64,000 bases of DNA from an uncultured Methanosarcinaceae archaeon (GCA_963847185.1 CAWJYV010000010.1:32001-96000), one strand, 5' to 3'. Shown: positions 1-10,839, numbered from the stretch's first letter. Notes: generated from the letters alone by a model not told the origin. Numbers and translations are program-made.

Positions 1-111
1 AGCCTTGAGTAACTATTCCTCCCCTCTATTTTTGCCATAGGCCCATTGAAAATGCGGTGTTTGCATCTTCTACAGGCATCTTAACTTTTTTATTTTCTTG
101 CAAGTAGGAGT

Positions 112-1068
112 TTACCAGCCCACTTTGATCGGAAATTTGGCTATAAGTTTCTCATAAACTTTATAAAATGTAATAAATATTTTTGGATTTAATGATGAAA
201 CAATGAGGATCGATAAATATTTCATATTTAATGGTTTAGTCTTGAAAGCCTTTATGATATAATTTCTCCCTTCAGCAAAGCTTCCATCTAATTGAAGTGC
301 ACAGCCAATAAGCGAATATTGTTTTGCTACAAAACTCTTATTATTGATGGCATTTTCAAAGTACTTTTCTAATAATAATTTCCGTGCGATAACTTCAGCT
401 TTTTTATTGGAACTGATACCTTCAGTGGCCCAATACTTAACTAATGGTTTCTTAATATGATAAAAATGATATGTTTTTAATAATCTTATAAAAAGATCTA
501 AATCTATAAATCTTGGGAGCGTTTCATCAAAAAAACCGATTCTAATGAAACATTCTTTTTTTATAAGTGTTGATTGGATTCCTATTCCGACAGCTTGATA
601 ATCTAAAACCTTAGGATTTATGAGACCTTCATATGCTACCCTTGGTGAATGCCAATATTCTATTATTCTATCTTCCTTTATTCTTAGCATATCTGTATAG
701 ATTACGCCGACCTCTAAAGAAGCTCTTTTAAAGGCTTCTATCTGCATTTCTAACTTTTGTGGCAACCATTCGTCATCGCTGTCTTGAAAAGCAATATATT
801 CACCTTTAGCAAGTTTTATTCCAGTATTACGAGCTGCACCACTACCTCTATTTTGCTGATGTCTCACATATCTAATTCTTACATCAGTATAATTGTTTAC
901 TATCTCTTCTGTATTATCACTCGAACCATCATCTACAATTATAATCTCAAAATCTTGATGTGTCTGATTCAGCACACTTTGGATTGCTCTACCAACTAAA
1001 TGGGCTCTGTTATAAGTTGGAAGAACTACACTGATTTCCGTTTTTTCATTTAACCATTTGTTACTCAT
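112..1068 (-). CDS. Glycosyltransferase family 2
   Basis: ISVVLPTYNR, IIVDDGSSD, ARNTGI and FQDSDD (DxD) GT-A motifs. Confidence 0.92.
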   Translation of the reverse strand: MSNKWLNEKTEISVVLPTYNRAHLVGRAIQSVLNQTHQDFEIIIVDDGSSDNTEEIVNNYTDVRIRYVRHQQNRGSGAARNTGIKLAKGEYIAFQDSDDEWLPQKLEMQIEAFKRASLEVGVIYTDMLRIKEDRIIEYWHSPRVAYEGLINPKVLDYQAVGIGIQSTLIKKECFIRIGFFDETLPRFIDLDLFIRLLKTYHFYHIKKPLVKYWATEGISSNKKAEVIARKLLLEKYFENAINNKSFVAKQYSLIGCALQLDGSFAEGRNYIIKAFKTKPLNMKYLSILIVSSLNPKIFITFYKVYEKLIAKFPIKVGW

Positions 1069-1322
1069 CCAAGCTATCAGATCTGTTTTTCTAATTTCTC
1101 AATTCACGTTGTCAAATAATATTCTTGCTTCACATGCACTCTCTAGCTCATCTCATCAAGTTTCATGCCTCCTGGATACTTAAACAGATACACAAAATGG
1201 TTGTCAAAATCTGTACACTGTTTAATGTACCGGCAGTGTTTTCTTGCCATCACCCACCACTTAGGAATATATGAATGAGATACGAGACTCTTACGTTTAC
1301 AGTTCTCAATAACTCAAGCCCA

Positions 1323-2810
1323 TTACCTAAAAATCCAAACGATTTCTTTTATGTTTGTAATTATTTTATAATTGAAAATTTTTTCAATGATTATTGATAA
1401 AAAGATGTATAAAAAAATCCCTATGAATGAAATTACAATAAAATCGATCATTCCTGTATGCATTAACGACTTTAAGTGAATTAAACTGAATATAGTAAGA
1501 AGCCCGCAAAAAAAAGGATGTATTATTGAATATAATAGATCTCTTGCAGATAATCCTATTGTTTTAATTATCATCAAAATAGATATTATAAAAGCAACTA
1601 AAGTGCTTATTAGTACAGCTAATGAGACTCCAATTAGCTCAAATCTTGATATCAATGGATATATGAAAATTGTAATAGCTACAAATCGAATTATTTGCAC
1701 TTTTGTATCTGTTTTTGTTTTTCCCACAGCATGAAATACAGGTCCTGATGTTGCTTGGATTGACCTAATTAACCCTGAAAGAATCAAAAATTTAATTATT
1801 GGAATAATCGGCATCCATTTATCCCCTAAAAACATCATCGTGAAATCGTGGGCCAAAACAAAGATCAAACCAGCGATTGGAAACGATATGAATGCAGTAA
1901 GTTGCAATACTCGCAAATAAGCTTCTCTCAACTTAGAGATATCATCTTGTAATTTTGAATAAATAGGAAAAGTAACTTGAGAGATTACATGAGTGATTTC
2001 AGTTGCTGGTAAATTAGAGATTGTATAAGCCATCTGATAAAAGCCTAAAGAGGCTGTACCTAATAATTTCCCAACAACAATATTATCCCCTTGAGTAACC
2101 AAAAAGATTAATATATTAGATCCAGAAACCCATTTTCCATATCCAAAAAGTTCTTTTGTTTTATCAATATCGAATCTTAAACGTGGTCTATAAGGATGTA
2201 TCAAGTAACTTGTAATAAGCATTGTTGCATTTCCCGCTAACAAGCCAAATACTAAAGCCCATACGTTTCTGAATATTAAAGTAGCAGTAATCGCCACAAC
2301 AAAATCAGTCAGTATGCCACTTAACTGATAAATAAATTGCTTATCGAACTCTAGTTCCTTTTGGAAATGGATTATACCGATATTAGTAAATGCTTGTAAA
2401 ATAGTTGAAAATCCAATTACCTGGATCATTGGTTTTGCTTCCGGTATGCCAAAAAAAATTGCAGTATATGGTGCGATTAAATATAGTGTCGTAAACAGAA
2501 TTAAACTCCGAAGAATTAGAACAGTCCAAGCACTGTCAAGATAAGGTTTAATATTACATTTCTTTTGAATTAACGCTTGTTGAAATCCTGTTTGTGAGAG
2601 CGTTTCCAAGGTTGTCATTGATAATAAAGCAATACCCATTAGACCAAAATCTTGAGGGGAAAGCAATCGAGCAAGAATCACAAGCCTCACTGAGTTAAAC
2701 AATTGTTGTACTGCCTTAAGCAATAATACCCAGAAACCGCTTACAACAGCACGTTGAGATAGATTTTTTCCAGGGCGTGCCAAGTTGTTAATGTTTATTC
2801 TGAAGATCAT
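1323..2810 (-). CDS. Wzx-type polysaccharide flippase (WzxC-like)
   Basis: 495 aa, many hydrophobic helices, 'ILARLLSPQDFGL' and 'LGFYQMAY' typical of PST-family flippases. Confidence 0.88.
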   Translation of the reverse strand: MIFRININNLARPGKNLSQRAVVSGFWVLLLKAVQQLFNSVRLVILARLLSPQDFGLMGIALLSMTTLETLSQTGFQQALIQKKCNIKPYLDSAWTVLILRSLILFTTLYLIAPYTAIFFGIPEAKPMIQVIGFSTILQAFTNIGIIHFQKELEFDKQFIYQLSGILTDFVVAITATLIFRNVWALVFGLLAGNATMLITSYLIHPYRPRLRFDIDKTKELFGYGKWVSGSNILIFLVTQGDNIVVGKLLGTASLGFYQMAYTISNLPATEITHVISQVTFPIYSKLQDDISKLREAYLRVLQLTAFISFPIAGLIFVLAHDFTMMFLGDKWMPIIPIIKFLILSGLIRSIQATSGPVFHAVGKTKTDTKVQIIRFVAITIFIYPLISRFELIGVSLAVLISTLVAFIISILMIIKTIGLSARDLLYSIIHPFFCGLLTIFSLIHLKSLMHTGMIDFIVISFIGIFLYIFLSIIIEKIFNYKIITNIKEIVWIFR

Positions 2811-3113
2811 TTTTCCACAGTTTTAGCGTTTTACGATTATCTATGTTCCTATGCAATAAGCTACGATCACATATTCCAGATATGTCAAAAAGCTCTCCGA
2901 CTACCTGATGAAAAAATTTTAAAGGTACCCTTTTTGTTATAAATCTCTATTTATAAAAATTTTTCCTAATATGTCTGATTATATGTTATCAGAACAAACC
3001 TCATAAACATAATAAAAAACAAAGAAAAAGGAGTTTATCCATTCTGATATTAACTTTGTGGACCAGTTCCAGCTATAGATAAATCAAATTGTGGGGGCTG
3101 CCCACCCTAAACA

Positions 3114-3224
3114 GGTCGTTCGATAATTACTTACAATAATGAAAGAATCCTTTTTTCCAATTTGAAGGTCTAAATTCGTCCTTTTTGTCATTTTATTGCC
3201 CTAAAATTGGATTGTTGGACAGCC
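3114..3224. mobile_element. Degenerate ~110-bp MITE with IS1182-like ends
   Basis: Left GGTCGTTCGATAATTAC and right ATTGTTGGACAGCC resemble the TIR GGCTGTCCGACAATTAC of the IS1182 element at 12525-14242. Confidence 0.5.
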
Positions 3225-3254
3225 TTTGAAGGAAGGGTATACCCACATACCCCC

Positions 3255-3510
3255 AACCATGTACATATACCTGGAAACTAATCTAAAAGATAAGGGACCT
3301 CGTTCGTAACCAATTGGATCAAATATTCCCAGGAAGGCTCCACAACGCAATTAAAACGAGTAAATGATACAGTAGTTACTATGTCAGCAAGTACGGATCA
3401 GGCTTCTGGGATATGTGGAAGGCTGGCGCGATACGTCTATCCCGAAGAGGGTATACTTTCACATATACCTGTAAACCACGTGCGATGGCCAAGGCTACCG
3501 CTAGGGATAA
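3255..3510 (+). repeat. Two tandem partial copies of a dispersed ~160-nt non-coding repeat
   Basis: Shares CCACAACGCAATTAAAACGA (20 nt identical) with the copy at 6151-6310; 3401-3440 matches 6151-6190 at 34/40 positions. Confidence 0.7.
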
Positions 3511-3542
3511 AGATTAAACATTTGTAAAATTATCGAAGATTG

Positions 3543-3878
3543 TTATTCAGCTTCACACATGTTGCATTCGTCACAGTTGCTACAACTACCGGATTCAGCA
3601 TTTTGTATTATGAAGTTTTTACCATTTTTATCGGCTACAAAATCAATGCTACCATCAGAAAAGCCAATTGCAACTTTTGCCGCCATAACAAGTTTGATAC
3701 CATTATTTTCCATGGTTACATCAAATTTGTCTATATCATCAGCAAGTGCCAAGCCATATTGAGCGTCACCAGATAATGATGTTCCTGTGATATAGATTCG
3801 TATTGAAGCGTCTGATTTACCTTCTGATTCTAGCAAAGCTTTCAGCTCTTTAGCAGCTCTGTTTGTTATTTCGATCAT
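3543..3878 (-). CDS. HesB/IscA-family Fe-S cluster assembly accessory protein
   Basis: MIEITNRAAKELK...IRIYI...YGLAL, IDFV...FIIQN and a Cys-rich C-terminus. Confidence 0.8.
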   Translation of the reverse strand: MIEITNRAAKELKALLESEGKSDASIRIYITGTSLSGDAQYGLALADDIDKFDVTMENNGIKLVMAAKVAIGFSDGSIDFVADKNGKNFIIQNAESGSCSNCDECNMCEAE

Positions 3879-4085
3879 TTATAAATCCCCCTTAAGTACA
3901 TAAATTAATTGGCGGTATGCGTATATAGTATTATTGACCGCTACTAACGTTTTCTCAATCGTTACTCACCATATGAAATATATGATTTATTTGGCCGATC
4001 ATCCTTAAAACGCAAAAAACTATGAAAAACTCACAGGTAATAAAACGAATCTCAAGGCTGTAATAACCCTGAAGACCATACCTAA

Positions 4086-4140
4086 ACGCACATATATCCA
4101 GAAGCTAATCTAAAAGCCAGGGATATCGCTCGGGATAAGG
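4086..4140 (+). repeat. Partial copy of the dispersed non-coding repeat
   Basis: CGCACATATATCCAGAAGCTAATCTAAAAGCCAGGGATATCGCTCGGGATAA aligns with 3263-3310, 3460-3510 and 6209-6258. Confidence 0.6.
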
Positions 4141-4449
4141 GAAGGTATTTTTCCTTGCCTATTATAGGACCAGATACACATTAAGGACGATCAGACAGAA
4201 AAGTTAAACGAGAATATGCATACAGACTGTTCATATTCTAACTCGATCCCAGAGAATAGCAGGTTAAATATTAAGCTACTTCCGGAGAATATGTAAAAAT
4301 AAGAAACCACGATGGAAGTTTTGGCGACATGGTTAAAGCCTGTTTCTGCCATAACTGGGGAAACAGAACGTGTGCCAAAACCATACATCATGTACTCATA
4401 ACCCTTTGGATATAACCTTTTTAATGATTTTTCAATCAAAGATGTTTAC

Positions 4450-5817
4450 TTATTTTACTGTGATGTACTTTGACCTTGTTACCGAATTACTGCCTGCTGC
4501 ATTTTTCACCGTTAAACTGACAGTGTACTTCCCTGCTTTTGTGTATCTATGTACAGGATTCTTGGCTGTTGAAGTACTCCTGTCGCCAAAGTTCCAGGAC
4601 CAGGAAGTAAGTGACTGTGTGCTTTTATCGGTGAATTTCACTGTTAACGGTCTTTTCCCAGAGACAGGAGATGCAGAAAAAGCAGCAACTGGAGGGTAAA
4701 CAAGGGTCCCCATATAAATATCTTCAGCCGTGCCGAATTCTTCATAACGAGTATCTGCCCATACTATACGATTTCCATAGATCCCAGGAGACATAGCATA
4801 TGGGTTACCATCAGCAATCAAAATTTCATAGCTATTGGAGAGATCATACATCCAGATATAGTTAGTTCCATCCAAATCACTACAACACATTGCCCCTACT
4901 ATTTTGTCGCCGTAGATAGATACCTCCTGTCCATGTGCTATCGAAGCCTCCTTGTGAGTAGATAGATCGTACACATAAACATCGGCGCAGGGATGAAAAT
5001 CTCCATCAAAATTGCTCCAGTCCGCCCAAACGATTCTATTTCCATTGATAGCAGGATTAGATGCATTTCCGCCAGTGCTGATTCTAGTTTCCTTCTTAGT
5101 AGAGAAATCGTACATGTAGATATCAGAGATATCATTATACTCGTCCGAATTGCTGGAATCCTGCCAAACTATCTTGTTCTTATATATATCAGGCGTTTGC
5201 GCTGATCCATTTTTGGTAATCTGAGTCTTCTTCCTGGAAGAAACATCATACATCCATATGTTTCCATGTTGATAATCGTATTCAGAAGTCAATTCCTGCC
5301 ACACAATAATATTATCGTATACTTTAGGATTGTACCCATTTCCACTACTGGTAATCTGGGTTTGTTTTTTAGTAGAGACATCGTACAAGTAAATATCGGA
5401 TTTTTTACTGAAATTTCCATTGAGATCTTCATTGAGAGTATCAACCCACACAATCCTGTTTCTATGAATAGCCGGCATGGATACTCTTCCACTAGTGCTA
5501 ATCCTACTTTCCTTATTAGTACCAAGATCATACATGTAAATATCTGGGTTTCCGTTGCGCCAATCTTCCCACACAATCCTACCCCCATAGATAGCAGGAG
5601 ATCGAGCTGTTTTGCTTGTAGTGATTCGAGTTTCGATGATACTTGTCTCAGCACTGGCTAATGCTTCTGTGTCACTCGATTGGGTAATGCTCGGTTGTGT
5701 GACACTTTGAAGATCTTTTCCAGTGGATGCCGATGCCGTGGACGAAACAATAATTAAAAATAATATCAAAGCTACTGATGCTATGATTATCGAATTCAAC
5801 TCTTTCTTACTGTTCAC
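4450..5817 (-). CDS. Cell-surface protein with Methanosarcina-type beta-propeller repeats and C-terminal PKD domain
   Basis: N-terminal signal/TM segment; repeated PAIYGxRIVWxD...DIYMYDL units; C-terminal PVAAFSASP...WSWNFGD PKD motif. Confidence 0.9.
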   Translation of the reverse strand: MNSKKELNSIIIASVALILFLIIVSSTASASTGKDLQSVTQPSITQSSDTEALASAETSIIETRITTSKTARSPAIYGGRIVWEDWRNGNPDIYMYDLGTNKESRISTSGRVSMPAIHRNRIVWVDTLNEDLNGNFSKKSDIYLYDVSTKKQTQITSSGNGYNPKVYDNIIVWQELTSEYDYQHGNIWMYDVSSRKKTQITKNGSAQTPDIYKNKIVWQDSSNSDEYNDISDIYMYDFSTKKETRISTGGNASNPAINGNRIVWADWSNFDGDFHPCADVYVYDLSTHKEASIAHGQEVSIYGDKIVGAMCCSDLDGTNYIWMYDLSNSYEILIADGNPYAMSPGIYGNRIVWADTRYEEFGTAEDIYMGTLVYPPVAAFSASPVSGKRPLTVKFTDKSTQSLTSWSWNFGDRSTSTAKNPVHRYTKAGKYTVSLTVKNAAGSNSVTRSKYITVK

Positions 5818-5999
5818 CTATTTCTCCTTCTCTATTCCTATTTTTTTATTTATCGCTTTTTATCGTTTTAATGTTGCTAGCATGTTGACTCACTCCAATT
5901 TTTTAAACTTTTTTATTTGAATCACAGCTTTATAATATTTATTTTATTAGATCTATTTTTATAAACTCGAGAAGTTGGCCCCCCAAAAAATAATATAAA

Positions 6000-6130
6000 G
6001 AGCTCATTCCAAAACCAATTTCATTCTCAAAAACCAGGGAGTTTTAGAACTATTTTCCGTGATCTGAAGCTTGATTGATTACTCGGAATACGGAATTTAG
6101 AGGAGTAGTTTCGAGTTTTGGGATGAACTC
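6000..6130. mobile_element. ~130-bp MITE, family A (TIR GAGCTCATCCCAAAAC)
   Basis: GAGCTCATTCCAAAAC ... GTTTTGGGATGAACTC; related copies at 9412, 9692, 15498, 26956 and 59118. Confidence 0.8.
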
Positions 6131-6150
6131 AAAAGAATATTCATAGGCAA

Positions 6151-6310
6151 AGCTTCTGGGATATGTTGAAGGCTTGAGCGGTACGTATATTCGTTCTATA
6201 CTTAACCACGCACATATTTCTAGAATCCACGTACAAAGGTTAGAGCTATCGCTCGAAACCAGATGAATCAAATAATCCCGAAAGGCACCACAACGCAATT
6301 AAAACGAATA
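6151..6310 (+). repeat. Most complete copy of the dispersed ~160-nt non-coding repeat
   Basis: 5' part aligns with 3401-3510, 3' part with 3256-3360; internal inverted repeat TTCTGGGATATGT / ACATATTTCTAGAA. Confidence 0.7.
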
Positions 6311-6655
6311 TTTAGTCACTGCGTCATCAATTACCTGTTGCGAAATATATAGGGATAAAAGAAAGAGACTATATCATTAAAGGAAATTGTGAAATGTAAA
6401 AGCTAGATCAAACATATGTCAAAGACATACATAATTAGAAGTGGGACACAAAAACGAAAGAAAATTTATAGTTTGAGAGAAGTTGAACGAATTTGTTCCT
6501 ACTTGCGATAGTCCATCTATGACTTACTAACTCCATCCTCTTGGATTGACTTCTAAGTGGACAGATTGTTTATAAGAATTTTTAAATTAAAATTGTATCT
6601 GTATCATATAGAAGTTATCAGTAAAGAAAAAAATCCTTATTCAACTTATTTCGAT

Positions 6656-6720
6656 GAGCTGATCTCAAAACTCAAACTTGCTTTTCTAAGTCCCTTATTC
6701 TAGAACCTATCCCGAAACTA
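6656..6720. mobile_element. Truncated MITE family A end followed by a second TIR-like end
   Basis: GAGCTGATCTCAAAACTCAAACTTGCTTTTCTAAGTCCCTTATTCTA is near-identical to 15498-15544; it is followed by GAACCTATCCCGAAAC. Confidence 0.6.
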
Positions 6721-6984
6721 ATATTATGTTGAAATTATAAATTTGAATTTATGTTGTTTCATGAAATTGATAATGTTCTATAGGAATCCATGGAACCTTA
6801 TCTTCCTCCCCAGAAACCACACACATGAGTACGAATGGGGTTCGACTTTATGTCTATCCCAGAAGAATGACAAAAAAGAAAATTGAATGTAGAGTCTTAG
6901 GAAATTGGATTTGGATAGAGGGAAAAGGAAAGAGGTTATCAATTCAAATCCTCAAAATTCACTTTTAGATAAGCTGAAAAATGA

Positions 6985-7001
6985 AGGCTTAATTTAAGCC
7001 T
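6985..7001 (-). terminator. Hairpin downstream of the small basic ORF
   Basis: AGGCTTA-ATT-TAAGCCT inverted repeat followed by a T-tract on the minus strand, 7 nt after the stop codon. Confidence 0.45.
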
Positions 7002-7008
7002 CCTCTCT

Positions 7009-7149
7009 TTATTTTCCTTTTCTTTTCTTATCCTGTTCTTTTATTTTATTGGCTGATTCCTTAACTTCCTCAACTGGTTTTTTTATTTTGTCGTTAGTTT
7101 CCTTATCATTCTTATCTCTTTTTGCTGCCTTCTGTTTCTTGGTCGCCAA
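7009..7149 (-). CDS. Small Lys-rich 46-aa protein (not in ORF track)
   Basis: TTG start preceded by GGAGG; MATKKQKAAKRDKNDKETNDKIKKPVEEVKESANKIKEQDKKRKGK; hairpin downstream. Confidence 0.6.
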   Translation of the reverse strand: MATKKQKAAKRDKNDKETNDKIKKPVEEVKESANKIKEQDKKRKGK

Positions 7150-7643
7150 ATTATGAACCTCCGAATGTCACTTTTTTACAAATATATAATTATAAAACAG
7201 TCTAGTACTATAAAAAGGTCGTCTTTGAGAATAGAATAATGGAATTACAATGAGAGAAGTTGGCCAGGACTTTCAAAGCTTGCATGCACTTTATTGGCAT
7301 TAAAAATCTACGTACAGGGTTTCCCAGAACGAGTTAATCCTTAGAAGGGGCTAAACGCTTGGCTACGAGGCTTAGAGTGGTCGCTGAATATATGTGCGTA
7401 GAAGGCTCGGGATATTCTTAATATCCTGAATATCCTGAACCAAAGGATAATCCAAATACCAAGACCCAGTTCCAAGCCTTGTAACGAGGTTGCTAGAAGG
7501 TTTTTTTCAGGATTATAAAATATTTTTCCAGAAATCCTTTATAAAGGCCCCACTATTCAATAAATAAGATAGATTTATTAACCGTAGGCAATTATTGGAA
7601 CTGAAAATCACTATAGAGAATAGCCACCTCTGAGATGATATAA

Positions 7644-7925
7644 ATGGACTCAATGGAAAAAATCTTTGGAAAAACCGCACAAATGACGGTACTTAAGAAC
7701 CTGATCGAAAACCAGAACGAACCAACTTACCTTTCAGGAATAGCTGAAGCAACTGGACTATCACATTCCAGTGTATCAAGGGTTATAACACCTTTAGTCG
7801 TGTCAGGCGTTGTTCAAGAAAAGCTCCTCGGAAAGCAAATCCGAATTTTTCAGCTGAACATGGAAAATGAAGCGACAAATGCCATAGTTAATTTTTACAG
7901 CAAAATCAACGAGGCAATAAATTAA
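7644..7925 (+). CDS. Winged helix-turn-helix DNA-binding protein
   Basis: YLSGIAEATGLSHSSVSRVITPL HTH signature followed by a wing hairpin; 93 aa. Confidence 0.85.
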   Translation: MDSMEKIFGKTAQMTVLKNLIENQNEPTYLSGIAEATGLSHSSVSRVITPLVVSGVVQEKLLGKQIRIFQLNMENEATNAIVNFYSKINEAIN

Positions 7926-8109
7926 ACCCTGGTAGTAAGTAGGTAAGGGAAATTCAATTTCCCAACTTATCTTTTTTGACCTTGTCTCAACTATTGACAA
8001 GCAGCTTGGATGTTATTTAAAAAACAGTAGCCTATCTGCTTTTTCTCATCTGTCACATGATTCTCATTTATTTATGAATGTAATAGTATAACAACAGATG
8101 TTAAATTTT

Positions 8110-9050
8110 GGTGCTGCCTCATTAATTAGTTGATATTTTTCTATTTCTATAATTTAACAAATCTGTCAATGTCCATTTATTTTTAGTAATCCCATATTTT
8201 TCTGCTGGTGTTTTCTTTCCCAAAACTCCATTTTCTTTTTCTTTTTTTAATCCTCTATGGTCTCTACAAAAGTTAAAATGAGTGCAATAAAGTCTCATTT
8301 GGTTGTACAATCCCTCAATTTTCTTTGAAAACCCTATTGCTTCCTTGAAACTCTATTGTTATCCTGTCTAAATGTTAGATTTTGTCTTTCAAGCAAACTT
8401 GTTGAAATTTCACTTTGATCTATATTTTGACCAAAGATTACTCTTTTTTCAATTTTCTGAAGCTTCTTTCCCAGTTTGTTTTTGATAACCTGAGCATATT
8501 TCAGATTTTCATTAGGTACTATTGCTGGTTTTCTGGGTCTTCCTCTCTTTCCAGTTTTAGAAAACTCTACCAAATCACCATATTTTTTCAAAAGAGCTTC
8601 AGCATAGAATTTTGATCCATCTGTAACAAAAAGAGGTTTTAAAGTTGAAAGATGTTTATCTGTAATTTCTATTAATTCATCTACTACATACTGTTTTCTT
8701 GGTCCCAGTACAAAATCAATTATTAATCTGGACTCAGGTGCAAAGCTCACCCACATCCATGCTCCATCATCTTCAACTTCTGTTCTTGGAGCAACTTTTT
8801 TTCAATTATTACCCATAGTTCATCCATCTCAACTTTGGAAATATTAAGATCCTTCATCAAGTCTTCATTTACCTTCTCACATTGTTTCGCTGCGCGAAAC
8901 AACCAGTTACTTACTGTTGCAGGTTGAACTTCCAATACATCAGAAATAGCTTGTATTGACATTCCTTTAATAGCCATTTTAAGGGCTAGTTTAATGTCAG
9001 ATTCGTCTTTGCGAACATTCTCAAAAAAAGTACCTGTTCGATCATTGCTA
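8110..9050 (-). mobile_element. IS1-family element, 5'-truncated, transposase pseudogene
   Basis: Fragments 8747-9073, 8334-8756 and 8122-8310 give HTH, EMDELW, FVTDG and ERQNLTFRQ DDE motifs; N-terminal Zn finger missing; extra frameshift near 8340. Confidence 0.8.
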
Positions 9051-9411
9051 TAAATATATAGAGACCTTAGCAATATTTTTCTACATAAACAAAATCAAGA
9101 TTATGAATTAAAAGAGTGGAAAGAAAAAAAAAGAGATCTACAGTGAATAATCCTAAGCCAAACAGTTTAAATAACTTGAGACTCAATTAATAAAAATTTA
9201 AAGAGCTTGAAAACTCTTTCGGTAAGAAAAGTAAATCGTAGATATTGCGACTATTCTCGTTAGAGGATAGAAAAAGATATTCAACAGCTATTACCAGTGA
9301 GATGGATTTTACAGGTCCTATTTCACGGAGAAATTACTTGAAATCAACAGAGTTACAGCTAAAGATAATAAGTCTACAGGTAAGATCAAAAATATTAAGC
9401 ATTTACTGAAT

Positions 9412-9541
9412 GAGCTTATCTCAAAAATCGTAATTAGACCTTTAAATCTTGGATTTGGAGTAATCAAATGAGTTTCTGATGATGAAAAATAATTTTGAAA
9501 CTTTTATTTGTGTGGGATAAAATCAGTCTTGGGATAAGCTC
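9412..9541. mobile_element. MITE family A
   Basis: GAGCTTATCTCAAAAA ... TCTTGGGATAAGCTC, 130 bp. Confidence 0.78.
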
Positions 9542-9554
9542 ATTAAATAAAGAG

Positions 9555-9690
9555 AGTATTGAAGGTAAAATAGATTTTTTGGCTGAAAATGAATCAACTG
9601 TAAGTTTAATTGAAGCAATTCAATATCTTTTAGATAAAATCCAGAGGAATTAAAGGTGATGGAAAATAGCATCCTGGATTTAATAAACAA
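9555..9690 (+). pseudogene. Possible C-terminal fragment of a GT4 glycosyltransferase between two MITEs
   Basis: Reads IEGKIDFLAENESTVSLIEAIQYLLD, resembling the GT4 C-terminal GxxGxLV...L..AI..LL segment. Confidence 0.35.
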
Positions 9691-9691
9691 T

Positions 9692-9821
9692 GAGCTCATC
9701 CCAAAACCAGTTTTGTTCTCAAATCAGTAAAGCTTTAGAAATATTTTTCATAATTATAAGCTTAATTAAAAATTTAGAATTCGAGATTTAGATACATAAT
9801 TTTGATTTTTGGGATGAGCTC
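9692..9821. mobile_element. MITE family A with 4-bp target duplication
   Basis: GAGCTCATCCCAAAA ... TTTTGGGATGAGCTC perfect 15-bp TIR; CAAT on both flanks (9688-9691, 9822-9825). Confidence 0.85.
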
Positions 9822-9906
9822 CAATATTAAAAAAGAAGATAGGATTTCACAATTAATAGAATATTGTTAATATGTAATTTAAAATTTTAGAAAAATTGTA
9901 GAAAGT

Positions 9907-10839
9907 ATGGTTATTATGATTTCTGTAGTTATCTGCACTTACAATAGATGTGATCTTCTCAAGCAGGTTATGCAAACATTAGTAAATCAAAAATTATCAA
10001 GCAAATTATATGAAATTATAGTAGTAGATAACAATTCAAAAGATAATACAAAAGATATAGTTAATCAGATAATTTCCAATAATCTAGACAAATCCATATA
10101 TTATGTCCTTGAAACCAAACAGGGTCTATCTCATGCTCGCAATAGAGGTTGGAAAGAAGCGAAAGGTGAATATGTTGCATATATTGATGATGACTGCAAA
10201 GCACCTGAACAATGGTTAGAGATAGCTAAGCAGATAATTGACCAGCATTCTCCGGCTATTTTTGGAGGTCCTTATTATGCATTTTATAGTTCGCCAAAGC
10301 CTAATTGGTTCAAAGACAGTTATGGTTCTCATACATTAGGCGACCAAGCGCATCCTATGGGATTTGACGAGTTTGTAAGTGGTGGAAACATTTTTTTCCG
10401 AAAATCCCTGCTTCAGAAAATTGGAGGTTTTGATCCAAAGCTAGGTATGGTAGGGAATAAAATCGCATATGGAGAGGAAACTGTATTACAAATTTATGTA
10501 AGAGAATCAATGCCTACAGAATCAATATATTATGACCCAGATCTTTATATGTATCATCTGGTAAGGCCAGAGAAAATGTCATTGAAGTGGAATTTGAGAA
10601 AAAGAATAGCTGATGGATGTAACTCGTATCAATTATTTCATTCTAGAAAAATCAAATTGCGTCCAAAATTAAGAATAGGTTTCAATGTAATAATATATTT
10701 ATTTCTAATTTTTGTTGATTTATTTAGGATATTTTTCCGTGATAAAAAAAGGTATCCTTACTTTGAAAATTATGCATATGAACGTATTTTTGGATATGTT
10801 GAAGCACTTACGGATTCATTTAAACAATTGAAAACTTAA
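9907..10839 (+). CDS. Glycosyltransferase family 2
   Basis: ISVVICTYNR, VVDNNS, LSHARNRG, YIDDD motifs. Confidence 0.92.
   Translation: MVIMISVVICTYNRCDLLKQVMQTLVNQKLSSKLYEIIVVDNNSKDNTKDIVNQIISNNLDKSIYYVLETKQGLSHARNRGWKEAKGEYVAYIDDDCKAPEQWLEIAKQIIDQHSPAIFGGPYYAFYSSPKPNWFKDSYGSHTLGDQAHPMGFDEFVSGGNIFFRKSLLQKIGGFDPKLGMVGNKIAYGEETVLQIYVRESMPTESIYYDPDLYMYHLVRPEKMSLKWNLRKRIADGCNSYQLFHSRKIKLRPKLRIGFNVIIYLFLIFVDLFRIFFRDKKRYPYFENYAYERIFGYVEALTDSFKQLKT

Noticed and set aside
4191-4439. 82-aa ORF downstream of the PKD gene
   Set aside because: No recognisable motif or RBS; cannot be supported
6050-6298. 82-aa minus-strand ORF
   Set aside because: It spans a MITE and the non-coding repeat; the frame is not evidently preserved in other repeat copies
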